A stretch of DNA of 57,538 nt, filler included, from Sanchytrium tribonematis (GCA_018985235.1; 6 parts of 6 records of this genome joined end to end with filler, not necessarily neighbours in it); one strand, 5' to 3'; shown: positions 24,073 through 34,824, numbered from the whole stretch's first letter. Notes: generated from the sequence alone by a model not told the origin. Translations and numbers: made by a program.

Positions 24073-24993
24073 TCATCTAAATTCAAATTCATGACTAATA
24101 TAGGCTGGTTGATATCTTAAATCTAATTTTTGAAACCATTGACTACTAGAATGATAATAGTAACCTTGAATTCTTTGAGTGCTTAGTTGAATACAGATGT
24201 AATAGAAACCAGCGAAACTGGCACCAGGTATTTGTTGAATATGATGATCTGGAACTAAGAAATGCTCTTTAAACCGAAAATATACGAAATCTTGGTTTTG
24301 ACGGACATCAAATTCAAAATCTTCATGATTCATGACAGCATCATATTTGAAAGTACGAAATGAAGGGAATTTGACCCAGTGCATTTTGTCAATTTCCTCG
24401 TTTGTTTGCCATTTACGAGTCAGGAAGCTGTGATGTTTTCCAATCATTTCTCCGTCGAAGAATGTTGTTAATTTATCAACTGCTTTGGTGATGCCTTCAA
24501 TCATTATGTATCCGGATACATATGACTTGTCTAGTTGAACATCGTTGATAGTAATCTCAACATTGTAACTTGTTTTACCACTTTGTTGGACACCAACAAA
24601 TTTTGCACCAGAATGGATACACTGGAAATGGGTCGGGGAATTGTAAAATGGGGTTTTATAAAAACCTTTCTTAGCATTTTCACTCAATGACATGCCATTC
24701 CAGACAGGTGAAATGGGTAAATTGCTATTTAAAAGTTTGGCACCTTGAGCTGTTTTTAAATATTTGCTGGATTTCAATTTGGCATTTTGTGCACTGGATT
24801 GAAATGATGTAAATTGAACTTTGACGTTCATGATATTCACGTCTGATTTTGTCATTTCATTTTGAGTCACATTGGTTAATTTAAAAGGTTTCAACTCAAA
24901 AGAATTTAAAGTATTGGGAACTGAGTCATTATCTATTCTCTGTAGCGCCAACTCTTTGTCGCTTTGTATTGTCGTTGCGTTCTCATTGTGCAT
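24073..24993 (-). CDS. GID4: GID4/Vid24 substrate receptor of the GID E3 ligase
   Basis: FVGVQQSG, LTTFFDGEMIG, FLTRKW, YFRFKEHFLVPD, GASFAGFYYIC, FQKLDL. Confidence 0.92.
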   Translation of the reverse strand: MHNENATTIQSDKELALQRIDNDSVPNTLNSFELKPFKLTNVTQNEMTKSDVNIMNVKVQFTSFQSSAQNAKLKSSKYLKTAQGAKLLNSNLPISPVWNGMSLSENAKKGFYKTPFYNSPTHFQCIHSGAKFVGVQQSGKTSYNVEITINDVQLDKSYVSGYIMIEGITKAVDKLTTFFDGEMIGKHHSFLTRKWQTNEEIDKMHWVKFPSFRTFKYDAVMNHEDFEFDVRQNQDFVYFRFKEHFLVPDHHIQQIPGASFAGFYYICIQLSTQRIQGYYYHSSSQWFQKLDLRYQPAYISHEFEFR

Positions 24994-25201
24994 CGCAAAA
25001 AGTTGGCTCAAGTGGGTTAAAAACAATTTGTAATTCTGAGAGTCGTGATGATTGGTGCAAATTTATTTTCATGACTTTTTGTAATTGCGAATGACCCTGT
25101 CAGATTCTGTCAAGTGACGAAGACTTTGTTTTCTTTCCTGAGTAGTATTTTCTGACTTTGTAATTCTTTTTAATGACTGTTTACCCATTTGGAAATATCA
25201 A

Positions 25202-25999
25202 ATGTATTTCTTCTCTTTTGTTTTGGGAGCTTCTACTTCATTTCGCAAATCTTCCTTTTCTAGTACAAGTACCAAAGAAATACTTCCCACAATGCCGGTA
25301 TCGGGCAACCCAATGAATATTATAGAAGGTCCCGCTACTGATCAATCTACGGATTCCTCAGGGGAAGTTTCTCAAGACCAGTCTGTTCCGTTGGTTCCTC
25401 CTACACAGCAGGATCAACCTGCTCTAATTCCATCAGACCTAGTACCAATTAATACAATAACTCCAATTAACCCCGTACCAGCAATCAGTCAGTCGGATTC
25501 ACGACCAAAGAAGCAATTGGAAGCTTCAAAACCTCTTACAGTTCAACAGCCAACTAGTCAACCAACACTGATACCACCATCTCCAACAACTAGATCTTCA
25601 GCTGCCAATCCACCAAATCCAACATTATCTTCTACTGCATCTATCTCTCCATCCCCTTTTCCTTCAACAAATCTGGTGGATAGCAACTCCAAGAACAAGA
25701 ATGATTCCCATTCAAATTCTGGTTCATCTAATACCCCAATTATAGTAGGTTCATTATGTGGGATTGGCTTGTTAGCATTTGGTGTATTTGGTACATCAAA
25801 ATACTTTAAATCAAAATCTAGATCATTTGAAAGAGATTTGGAAGCTATGTCTGAAAGCCGATTAAATACAATGGAATCATTTCATGATGCCCATTATCGC
25901 ACATCTTCACACTCAAATTTCGAAAATGAAACGAATCATGTTAGCGATGAGTTAAATTCCAATGAGCCAACCCGAAAAAGATTTAGTTTTTTGCAATAA
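25202..25999 (+). CDS. Ser/Pro/Thr-rich single-pass membrane protein
   Basis: Short signal, low-complexity ectodomain, TM PIIVGSLCGIGLLAFGVFG. Confidence 0.75.
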   Translation: MYFFSFVLGASTSFRKSSFSSTSTKEILPTMPVSGNPMNIIEGPATDQSTDSSGEVSQDQSVPLVPPTQQDQPALIPSDLVPINTITPINPVPAISQSDSRPKKQLEASKPLTVQQPTSQPTLIPPSPTTRSSAANPPNPTLSSTASISPSPFPSTNLVDSNSKNKNDSHSNSGSSNTPIIVGSLCGIGLLAFGVFGTSKYFKSKSRSFERDLEAMSESRLNTMESFHDAHYRTSSHSNFENETNHVSDELNSNEPTRKRFSFLQ

Positions 26000-26076
26000 A
26001 ATAGTCAATTTAGTTTGTGACTAGAATATTAGATTTTCTTTAGATTTCTCTGCTAATTTCATGGCACAATTGAAAC

Positions 26077-27246
26077 ATGAAGATTATTTGCCATTTGATA
26101 GTTGTGATTTGGATTTTTATCTGCGCAACGTATCACGCCATACTAGGATATCTTAATAGATTATTCAGATATAAATCAATACACTTTTATGCTTATCCCA
26201 TTAGTCGATTTATTAATGTACTATTAAGTCATAAATCATTCACAATTTACAGATTTAGACTAATTAACATTCCTTTCGACTACTTTTCATACAGAATGGC
26301 ATTAAAAAAGCTTGATATATACAGAAAATTGGAATTAGGTAGACCGGATCAACCTCATTATTATTCACTAAAGCAAGAAAAAGGCATTGTCATCAGTAAT
26401 TATACATTAAAAGAAAGCTGTCTCAAATCTCCTCATTGGAATATTCAATTAATCAATTCACCGGATAATTTAGATGATTACAGAAGCCATCATCTGGGTG
26501 ATTCATTGAAGCAGTTTGACGCAACTTATTTTTTACCCAAAACTAGCTGCAATGGTAAATGGATATTTTATGTACCAGGAGGTGCATTTTTGTTCCACAA
26601 CTATCATTTACTTTCCCGAATCCATCAAATGTTTCCAAATTATGGCATTTGTTTTGTCAGATATTCGTGCTTACCAGAAAAAAGTTGGCCATCTCCAATA
26701 ATTGATGTGTTGGATAGCTATTATTATTTCTTAAATGTCATGAAAGTGCAATCGAACAACGTAGCCTGCATGTCTGACTCAGCAGGTGGAAATTTGGTAT
26801 TAAACTTACTTATAAAATGTAAGGACTATAAGATTGATAGCCCTTCTTGTGCAGTATTCATAAGCCCATGGACAGATTTAAGTTGCACTGGAGATTCATT
26901 TCAGTCGCTTAATAACTTAGACTTTTTAAATAATGAATTACAAATACATGCATTGTTAGCTGGATATTGCAGTATGACTAATTTGGATCTTGACTTGTTA
27001 TTCCATCCCGAAATCTCACCAATTTATGGAGATTTATCAAAACTACCACCCATTTTAATACAGACTGGAGGCGTCGAGGCTCTTTTGGATGACAATAAAA
27101 TGCTAGCTAGTAAAATCAGGCAAAATGGAAATATAGTAGAACATCAAATTTATCCAAAAATGCCACATATCTTTCAAACCATGCCATTTCAAGTATCGAA
27201 AATAGCACTGGCTAAAGTGAAATTGTTCATTGATCAGTTTCTTTAA
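26077..27246 (+). CDS. Alpha/beta hydrolase, hormone-sensitive-lipase-like esterase
   Basis: PGGAF, DSAGGNL, SPWTDL, LPPILIQTGGVE, MPHIF. Confidence 0.9.
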   Translation: MKIICHLIVVIWIFICATYHAILGYLNRLFRYKSIHFYAYPISRFINVLLSHKSFTIYRFRLINIPFDYFSYRMALKKLDIYRKLELGRPDQPHYYSLKQEKGIVISNYTLKESCLKSPHWNIQLINSPDNLDDYRSHHLGDSLKQFDATYFLPKTSCNGKWIFYVPGGAFLFHNYHLLSRIHQMFPNYGICFVRYSCLPEKSWPSPIIDVLDSYYYFLNVMKVQSNNVACMSDSAGGNLVLNLLIKCKDYKIDSPSCAVFISPWTDLSCTGDSFQSLNNLDFLNNELQIHALLAGYCSMTNLDLDLLFHPEISPIYGDLSKLPPILIQTGGVEALLDDNKMLASKIRQNGNIVEHQIYPKMPHIFQTMPFQVSKIALAKVKLFIDQFL

Positions 27247-27388
27247 ATAAATGGATGGCCCTTTTGATTATAACTTGCAAATTAATACGTTTTGCAGGTT
27301 TTATTGGTTTTCTGCTTGCTCGCCAATCAAATTAATTAACAGACTCTGTTTTTATTATAACTTGATGACGAAGTAGAATCGACCTCAA

Positions 27389-27691
27389 ATGATTTACCCG
27401 CTGGTCAATGCTATGCCCCAGTTATTAAATGACGACGATACAGGACCCATTTTGGATGATCAATCTACCTTTAAACCATACATTATCATATTTAGTATTT
27501 GCGTATCTGCAGCCTCCATTTTATTTGTTTATTGTGCCATTAGGTTGTATAAAAGATCTAAAAAGCAACAGCCTGCTCCCAAATTAAAAAGAGTAGAGTC
27601 TTTAGGATTTACTGGAAAAGAATTGAATGAATTGGAAAAGGAAATGAACTATGAACAAATCACTTTAGAGCGCAACAAGTCGATCAAGTAA
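27389..27691 (+). CDS. Small single-pass membrane protein
   Basis: Short signal, one TM, cytoplasmic SLGFTGKEL motif shared with the protein at 20827. Confidence 0.65.
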   Translation: MIYPLVNAMPQLLNDDDTGPILDDQSTFKPYIIIFSICVSAASILFVYCAIRLYKRSKKQQPAPKLKRVESLGFTGKELNELEKEMNYEQITLERNKSIK

Positions 27692-27696
27692 ATCTA

Positions 27697-28341
27697 TTAT
27701 TTATTAGCAAAATGAAAGTGTGCAAAGACCTCATCCCTCGTCAAGTCGGCCCCTTTCCCATACAAATGACCATTTGTGATACTTTTATATGTATCAATGG
27801 TTCTAAATGTTAAACTGATACGTGCTTTTGCATTTAATTGCTTTTTGATAGCATGTGAATAATCTTGATTCGTTTTCCAATCTAACAAAAAGAGAGAATT
27901 GTGACTCAAGTCACAATATGATATATTTTTGGTCAATTTATGCCTTAATTCCAACTTCCTGGTTCCCCCTAAGCTATATCCAAATATGGTGGTACCATCT
28001 TTAATATCAATAGTTTTATCAGAATGTCTTGAAATAAAATCTTTTCCATCACGGTATTTTTGTATTAAACAGTGATTTAATTTAACGTTGTATAGCGCTT
28101 CTATTTCTTGTTTTACTTTTAGCACGTTTGGAGTAAATTTGGTGTAAATCAAATCCTCAGAGTCAGTTGGATGTCTATAAATTGGAATACATGTATGTTG
28201 ATTGATGGTTGTAGTTTCTAATTGCAATTGGTATAATCTCGGTACATTTCCGCCTTGCAACGTCATTTGATGCCATTCTATTTCATTATCAATATCCTCA
28301 AAACTAATTGGTAAATTCAGCTTATGAACCAATCGATCCAT
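27697..28341 (-). CDS. AlkB-like 2OG-Fe(II) dioxygenase
   Basis: NHCLIQKYRDGKDFISRHSD, HAIK, RISLTFR. Confidence 0.9.
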   Translation of the reverse strand: MDRLVHKLNLPISFEDIDNEIEWHQMTLQGGNVPRLYQLQLETTTINQHTCIPIYRHPTDSEDLIYTKFTPNVLKVKQEIEALYNVKLNHCLIQKYRDGKDFISRHSDKTIDIKDGTTIFGYSLGGTRKLELRHKLTKNISYCDLSHNSLFLLDWKTNQDYSHAIKKQLNAKARISLTFRTIDTYKSITNGHLYGKGADLTRDEVFAHFHFANK

Positions 28342-28431
28342 TTGTTTTAAAAAAGTTAGACCTCAGAATTATATATTAAAATGATTTTATAGCTATTAAG
28401 AAGATGTCAAAGAAAGTCACGTAGCTAACTC

Positions 28432-28875
28432 ATGTCATCGTTTATAACACGAGGAGATTACGTCGTTCTTTTTAATCAGAGTGATTCGCACCAAAGCTAC
28501 ATATTTGAAATGTCTCTACCGAGATTCGAAAAGAGCTACAATTACATGTGTTCATATCCTGACTTGGAAAGTTTAGACCAAACACCTTCTCTTATTCATA
28601 ATGAACTGTTTGACTCATTTATGCCTCTTGATAGCTCTGCGTCTAATAATCGCATTAATTTAAATCTGCTGCTGCGAATTTCAAAAGTATTAATGATTTT
28701 GTGGTTCGTTATTTGTATGATTCTATTTATAACCAGTTTGGCAATTCAAGGAAGATGTATACATTGTGACGTTGATTCAAACTTGAGTTCCTTGATGATC
28801 TGTGCGTTTATATCGGCTGGTTTGTTTGTGTTATTTGGCATTTCTTACTTTAGCTTTCGATATTATAAAAAGTAA
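28432..28875 (+). CDS. Hypothetical two-TM membrane protein
   Basis: ATG-started 147-aa ORF with two C-terminal hydrophobic helices. Confidence 0.6.
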   Translation: MSSFITRGDYVVLFNQSDSHQSYIFEMSLPRFEKSYNYMCSYPDLESLDQTPSLIHNELFDSFMPLDSSASNNRINLNLLLRISKVLMILWFVICMILFITSLAIQGRCIHCDVDSNLSSLMICAFISAGLFVLFGISYFSFRYYKK

Positions 28876-28903
28876 ATCATTACTTATAAAAAAAGTTATT
28901 TTA

Positions 28904-28974
28904 TTAAGCACCAAATCCATACAATGTTCTTCCTTGTCTCTTTAATGCATAAACAACATCTAATGAAGTAACAG
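28904..28974 (-). CDS. Second histone H4 copy, 3' end only (cut by contig end)
   Basis: Identical to 19814-19884 except for two synonymous changes. Confidence 0.9.
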
Positions 28975-29074
28975 NNNNNNNNNNNNNNNNNNNNNNNNNN
29001 NNNNNNNNNNNNNNNNNNTTAATTAATTAANNNNNNNNNNNNNNNNNNNNNNNNNNNNNNNNNNNNNNNNNNNN
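28975..29074. other. Artificial contig spacer
   Basis: 44N-TTAATTAATTAA-44N. Confidence 0.98.
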
Positions 29075-29095
29075 TGATTTAAAATTTGAAACAAA

Positions 29096-29434
29096 ATGAG
29101 TCAATTTTCAATCGATGAAAACGGAAATTTTAGAGTTTTGGATTCGAGCACATACAAAGAAAGCGAGAATTTGGGGGTCTTAGGAAATGATTTTCTATTC
29201 AAAAGTAAAGAATTGCTGGAATACACACAATCAAATCTTTCTAATCTTCAAGCACAAGTTGATAACATTGAAATTAAAAGGAAGCTAGCAATCAAATACA
29301 GACTACTAACTAAATTAGAAAAACAAAAGAGAGTATCTCTTGAAAAACAATCTAAGGAAGAGTCGCATAGACTGAGTTTGGAATTGGAACAACTTCAGAA
29401 TTACCTCCTATCGATTTCTAAAGGAGAAGAATAA
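29096..29434 (+). CDS. IFT20: IFT20-like intraflagellar transport protein
   Basis: FSIDENGNFRVLD...F...E..K.LAI..R followed by a coiled coil matches the IFT20 pattern (FDELNKLRVLD...KMKAIGAR). Confidence 0.65.
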   Translation: MSQFSIDENGNFRVLDSSTYKESENLGVLGNDFLFKSKELLEYTQSNLSNLQAQVDNIEIKRKLAIKYRLLTKLEKQKRVSLEKQSKEESHRLSLELEQLQNYLLSISKGEE

Positions 29435-29452
29435 ACACGTGAAGTCAACTAA

Positions 29453-30443
29453 TCAGGACTCTGCTAATTTATTTAAGTCCATAAATGACATCCGAAATAT
29501 TTCGCCTTCATTATCTTCGTAGGAATCTTGTTTCATTGTCATTATTTTTGAGTTGAGCATTTTTAAGACTTGAGACTGAACCTAGATGAATTTGAATTAC
29601 TTTCACCTCATCATCTTTCGAATGAGATTGAAGTTCAGGATCGGGTATATCTTGAATAATGACTTCAAGCTTCTTTTGAAGCTCTTGAATGGATTCTAAT
29701 TTTCTATGTCGAACGACTTTAAGATCTGATTTTGATGACATTGAAAATGTTGCTGGAGAGCGGTACTGTAAATCTACAGCTATACAACCAAGTTGAGTTT
29801 CGATATTTGGCATTTCATAATGTAGTATTTCGTCTGCATCGTCTATTTTGTTTTCCATTTGAAATGCATCGGAGTCGCTTTGATCTGATGTATATATATT
29901 ATAAGTAACATGCCATCCAAACCTTTTTATCATTTTTGATTTCTCTGATTTCAACAAATTATGAGAAGGAAGCCTTTTTAAAATTGCAACTAAAAGTCTA
30001 AAATATTGGCATGTATATTTGTAAACACTCTTTGTGTCTATCACAGTCTCTTTTGTCGTATCACAAGTAACATGCCACCTCTCTAATATTACGCTTTTAA
30101 TATTTCTCGGCAGCTCTTTTTCGTTGTGATAAATTTTGGTTTCATTTAGATGTTTCCAGCTTAATATAATTTCGACTGTCAAAGGCTGCAAAAATGAGGG
30201 ATATTCTGAGTCTAGACCATCCATCCAGGCAAGATCAAGGTGAATTGGTTCAGATTGATACAAAATATTGAACCATGTGTCCTGAGCTGTGATCATTTGC
30301 GATGTGTTTAATCTGCTTTGTAAAATCACTTGAATAAGTTTTTCATAGAAATGACGCAGCATACTAATAAGTTTTGATCTGGACTGATGAAAATTAGATA
30401 GTTGACTAAGTGGACTGCTTGACAATTCTGAAGTGTCGCTCAT
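29453..30443 (-). CDS. ATG13: Atg13 HORMA-domain protein; probable 19-nt intron at 29582-29600 (323 aa spliced)
   Basis: KLIQVILQSR, WFN, ILERW, VYK...FRLL..LP. The intron fits the consensus, but the unspliced ORF ending at 29511 is also possible. Confidence 0.75.
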
Positions 30444-30482
30444 AAAGTCGTTTCAAAAGTTTAATGGCAAAAAATTTATAAT

Positions 30483-31424
30483 TTAATTATGACGCTTGCG
30501 CAACGCAAAATAAAGTAGAGTAGACGATGAAAATATACCTATATAGGTGCCAATTTTCCAAAAATTGAAGGGGATATTTTTAATCTTTGCACTGTCTACT
30601 TCGATATGCTTCAAATTATCAACTAAATCGCTTTTATCTTTAAGTGACTGAGTTTGAGAATACTTTTCAAGTTTCTTTAAACTTTCTGGAATCTTCACTT
30701 TGATTATTGTGTCAATTGCCGACTGGGGAACCCACCCACCAGGATCGCCATCTGCAAGCTGAATCAATTGGCATTCATTATTTGATCCTTTCACAACCAT
30801 GACTCCAGCTAGACCAGCGCTCATTCTGATAGTTCCACTCACTGATTCTTGAATCTCCTGTCCCACAACATCATCCACACTTTTAGTAACATTCACCAAT
30901 CTATTATCATCAATTCTTTGAAGCCTTGAATGAAGAACCATGTCTCTACTACTTACAGGGAACATTGCAATTGTTTTGAGGTATGTGAGCCTTTCATTAT
31001 CATTTAATATTTTCTTTACCGCGCTTTTTTCGCATGTTGTGTCCCATTTAAGCCTTTCAACGGGATTTGAAATAACGTCATACAATTGAATGTAATCGCA
31101 TTTAATTGTCGCAACTGTTTTAAAGCACAAATTAATATTCTTATGTTTGAAGACACGAATCCAGTCGTTTTCAAGAATCAATGTCCAATCGTCACTTTCT
31201 AGCCTACTCAAAAATTTGTCGACCATCTCAGTGGACGGAGTTGCTTCTTTTTCTTTGATTTTTTTCTTTTCCGAGTTGCCACTTATGGTTTCTCGTCGAT
31301 AAAATACACTGCCTAATAATAATTGAGCCAGAAGATAATGGAATAAATCTATTCTCCAAGTTCCTAATACGCTAATCAAGCTCAAAAGCAAGGATGACAG
31401 AAGAAGAGGTGCCTGTTGTTTCAT
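30483..31424 (-). CDS. START lipid-transfer domain protein with terminal TM segments
   Basis: RLKWD, FPVSSRDMV, DPGGWVP. Confidence 0.88.
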   Translation of the reverse strand: MKQQAPLLLSSLLLSLISVLGTWRIDLFHYLLAQLLLGSVFYRRETISGNSEKKKIKEKEATPSTEMVDKFLSRLESDDWTLILENDWIRVFKHKNINLCFKTVATIKCDYIQLYDVISNPVERLKWDTTCEKSAVKKILNDNERLTYLKTIAMFPVSSRDMVLHSRLQRIDDNRLVNVTKSVDDVVGQEIQESVSGTIRMSAGLAGVMVVKGSNNECQLIQLADGDPGGWVPQSAIDTIIKVKIPESLKKLEKYSQTQSLKDKSDLVDNLKHIEVDSAKIKNIPFNFWKIGTYIGIFSSSTLLYFALRKRHN

Positions 31425-31448
31425 ACGAAATTTGCAAAGTAAAAACTT

Positions 31449-31745
31449 TTATTCAGTTGGATTTTGGATTACAATCATGCAATAATCAGGATGAGGAGCA
31501 ATCATCCACTCATATTTTTTTGTTCTGACTCTTAAAAATTGCAATTCATCCTGTGCATCGACATCTTGAACTATCATCTGTGCTTTTTGACTCAATTGTG
31601 AAATAAGTGCTGCATACTGTACAGCCAATGCATTATCTAATGTGGATTTAATTGGAATTCCTTCATTATTAATAATTAATACTCCAATGACTCCTTTGTG
31701 GCTGCTTAATCTTTTAATGGTATCTTCAACCTCACTTGCTGACAT
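31449..31745 (-). CDS. DYNLRB: Dynein light chain roadblock-type
   Basis: EVEDTIKRLSSHKGVIG...GIPIKST...LQFLRVRTKK...IVIQNP. Confidence 0.95.
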   Translation of the reverse strand: MSASEVEDTIKRLSSHKGVIGVLIINNEGIPIKSTLDNALAVQYAALISQLSQKAQMIVQDVDAQDELQFLRVRTKKYEWMIAPHPDYCMIVIQNPTE

Positions 31746-31875
31746 TTTCTTGTTTCAGAGAAAATTGAGCGAAATCATTTTAATTATAGCTAATATGAGA
31801 TAGCAGACTAATGTTTGTGTCATTTATTCAATATTAAGTTTTTGTGTACCAGGCTTGCAATTTTGCAATACCCCA

Positions 31876-33015
31876 ATGTCAAACACGAGTCGATTTCTAC
31901 CATTAAGAAATTGTTCACAAACCGACGAAATAGCCACAGCATTGAATTACAAACAAACTCAAATATTAATGTATAACGTAAAAGCGCCAGTTCCAATAAC
32001 AAAAGTTAAACCAAAAGTGGAGACAATCAAGCTGGAAAGAATTTTGGATGCTCCAAACATATTGGATGATTATTATACCGAGCTTTTGGCTTGGAATAAA
32101 GATAATATAGTGGCTATCGGAATGCAAAGTAGCGTATATTTGTGGGATGGTCATACTGGTGATGTTCAGTCAGTTGATTTCGATCATGTTGTCAGAGTTG
32201 TACACTGGATGGGCCAAATTCTTGTGGTTTGTACTTATCACACAGTCTATTTAATAGAGCATTTAAAAATGGTGCAAAAATACGAACTTGAAGGAATTTG
32301 TAGTTGCCATCACTACAAGACATTGCTTAGCGTAGGAGACATTGAGGGAAAAGTTCATGTAATTGATACCAGACAACAGGAAATCCAGTCTTTCGAGGTG
32401 CATGAAGGAACTTGTTGCGGGTTACAATTTAAAAAAAGTGGTGATTATTTGCTAACGGGTGGGAACGACAACTTTGCCAATATATGGGATATTAGAATGC
32501 AGATGACCATGACTAGTCAGTCTCATATGGCAGCAATTAAAGCGCTTTCTTGGTGTCCGTTTGATAATTACGTTATAACTGGTGGAGGGACCCAAGACAA
32601 ACAAATTCTAGTTTGGAATCCCATGAGTGGTCAATTATTACAACAGCTTATGACAGACTCTCAAATCACTTCTTTAAAATTTGCAAATTCTCATGTTGTT
32701 AGCACTCATGGATACCCTAATAATGAATTGCGAGTTTGGACACCTCAGATTATGAATCGTCCTATAGAGCAGCCATCAAACATATATGGAATGGAAAGTG
32801 ATACGACTGTCGAATTAAAATATATAAAAACACCTTGGCCCTATAAAAGCGTTGTAGCTCATACAGATCGAGTTTTACATAGCTCAATTAGTCCAGATGA
32901 GAGCGTCTGCGCCACTTTAAGTCCAGACGGTAACTTAAAGTTTTGGAAAATGTTCAACGAAGTCAAAAAGCCCACTATGGTGAAAAATAAAGGAAAAGTT
33001 AGACTTAGACGATAA
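31876..33015 (+). CDS. CDC20: Cdc20/Fizzy-family APC/C activator (WD40)
   Basis: C-box-like SRFLP, RILDAPNILDDYY, GGNDN, AAIKALSWCP, GGGTQD, HTDRVL. First ATG at 31876. Confidence 0.9.
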   Translation: MSNTSRFLPLRNCSQTDEIATALNYKQTQILMYNVKAPVPITKVKPKVETIKLERILDAPNILDDYYTELLAWNKDNIVAIGMQSSVYLWDGHTGDVQSVDFDHVVRVVHWMGQILVVCTYHTVYLIEHLKMVQKYELEGICSCHHYKTLLSVGDIEGKVHVIDTRQQEIQSFEVHEGTCCGLQFKKSGDYLLTGGNDNFANIWDIRMQMTMTSQSHMAAIKALSWCPFDNYVITGGGTQDKQILVWNPMSGQLLQQLMTDSQITSLKFANSHVVSTHGYPNNELRVWTPQIMNRPIEQPSNIYGMESDTTVELKYIKTPWPYKSVVAHTDRVLHSSISPDESVCATLSPDGNLKFWKMFNEVKKPTMVKNKGKVRLRR

Positions 33016-33053
33016 TAAATTGTATAATAATTTGGAGATTTCGAAACGAAGTA

Positions 33054-33374
33054 ATGGGATTAAAAGTCAAAATCAAACAAATTTCAGCTATCGCTAGTTG
33101 GAAATATGATTGTGATCAAGAGCAATGTGGAATTTGTCGTCACACTTTTCAATATGGCTGTCCCAATTGCGATTCTCCTGATAAATGCCCCATTATTTTT
33201 GGAAAATGCAACCATGTGTTCCATTTTCATTGTATTTCTCAATGGCTTCAACAACCTTCATCTAACTATACCTGTCCGCTGGATAGAAGTACTTTTGCTA
33301 TGGAAAAAGCTACCTCGGAAGACATACAATTACCCAAACAGCCGCTTAATCGCCACAACATTCCAAATCTTTAG
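33054..33374 (+). CDS. APC11: APC/C RING-H2 subunit Apc11
   Basis: KVKIK...ASW, CGICR, GKCNHVFHFHCI, CPLDR. Confidence 0.88.
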   Translation: MGLKVKIKQISAIASWKYDCDQEQCGICRHTFQYGCPNCDSPDKCPIIFGKCNHVFHFHCISQWLQQPSSNYTCPLDRSTFAMEKATSEDIQLPKQPLNRHNIPNL

Positions 33375-33473
33375 ATAAGAAACGATAATATGTGCCATTG
33401 CCAAACCCTTTAAATTTGATTTGTAATAAATTTTATAATTCGACAAGGATTGTCATTTTTGCCAATTTGAAAC

Positions 33474-34821
33474 ATGATCTTGGAATACAAAGGCACAAAA
33501 GTTGAAACTGAGCCTGTGGATGGTTGCATCTTGTCAAGTGAGCTAAAAAAATTGGGAATTAGTGGATATGATAATGGCTATGTCAATACAGCAGTATGCA
33601 AATCCCAAATCTGTTTTATTGATGGAGATGAAGGTATTTTAAGGTACCGCGGGTATGACATTGAAGAACTAGCTGAGAAATCTACTTTTTTGGAAGTTGC
33701 TTACTTGTTGATATTTGGTGAACTGCCAAATCCCAAAGAATATCAAAATTGGTCGAGTAGAATTATGCGACACACATATATTCACGAAAATATGATCGAC
33801 TACCTCAAGTCCTTCCGATTTGATTCACACCCTATGGGAATGATTGTTTCTTCCCTGGCCGCATTATCTACTTTTCACCCGGAAGCTTCACCTGACTTAC
33901 AGGGCGAAGATATTTACTCAAATGAAAAAATTAGGCAAAAACAAATCTTTCGGATCTTGGGTAAATTGCCCACTCTTGCTGCCTGCTCATATCGTCACCG
34001 AATTGGCAGAAATTACAATTACCCAAGAAATGATTTATCATACACCGAAAATTTCCTTTATATGTTAGATAGACTAAATGAGTCTAACTATACCCCTAAT
34101 CCTGTTTTATCAAGAGCCTTAGACATTATTTTAATGCTACACGCAGATCATGAGCTCAACTGCTCTACAGCGGCTATGAGAATGGTGTCATCAACAAATG
34201 TCGACCCTTTCACAAGTATGAGTGCAGCGGCAGCCGCTTTATATGGACCTAGTCACGGTGGTGCCAATGAAGCCGCGCTTAGAATGCTTGAAGAGATTGG
34301 TACTAAAGATAAAATCCCTCAATTTATTGAAGAGGTTAAACAGAAAAAACGTAGGCTGATGGGATTTGGTCATCGAGTGTACAAGTCCTACGATCCTAGA
34401 GCCAAAATACTCAAGAAAATAGCAGATCAAGTCTTTCAAGTAATGGGAAAGAGCGAATTAATTGAAGTCGCGATTGAGCTTGAAACTATTGCTTTGAATG
34501 ACGAATACTTTAAACAAAGAAATTTATATCCAAATGTAGATTTTTATTCGGGTATTATTTACAAAGCTATGGGATTTCCAACTGAGTAATTTATTCTAAT
34601 ATAGTATGTTCCCGGTATTATTTTGTCTTGGCAGGGCTCCAGGCTGGCTGGCTCATTGGTACGAGCAATTAAAAGATAACCAAATGTATGCCCCAAAACA
34701 TGTTTACACTGGTCCAGATCGAGAGTACGTCAAAATGGAAGCTAGAAAGGACTCTCGCCACGAAACGACATATAAAAGAACTTCGGAATCATCGAATATT
34801 CGTAAGAAATATGCTAAATAA
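33474..34821 (+). CDS. Citrate synthase (bacterial/peroxisomal type), two exons, 442 aa
   Basis: IDGDEGILRYRGY, HADHELNCST, HGGANE, MGFGHRVYK, PNVDFYSG. Splicing restores GFPTDMFPVLF. Confidence 0.95.
34586..34604 (+). other. 19-nt spliceosomal intron GTAATTTATTCTAATATAG
   Basis: Removal joins two ORFs into a continuous citrate synthase. Confidence 0.9.
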
Positions 34822-34824
34822 AAG

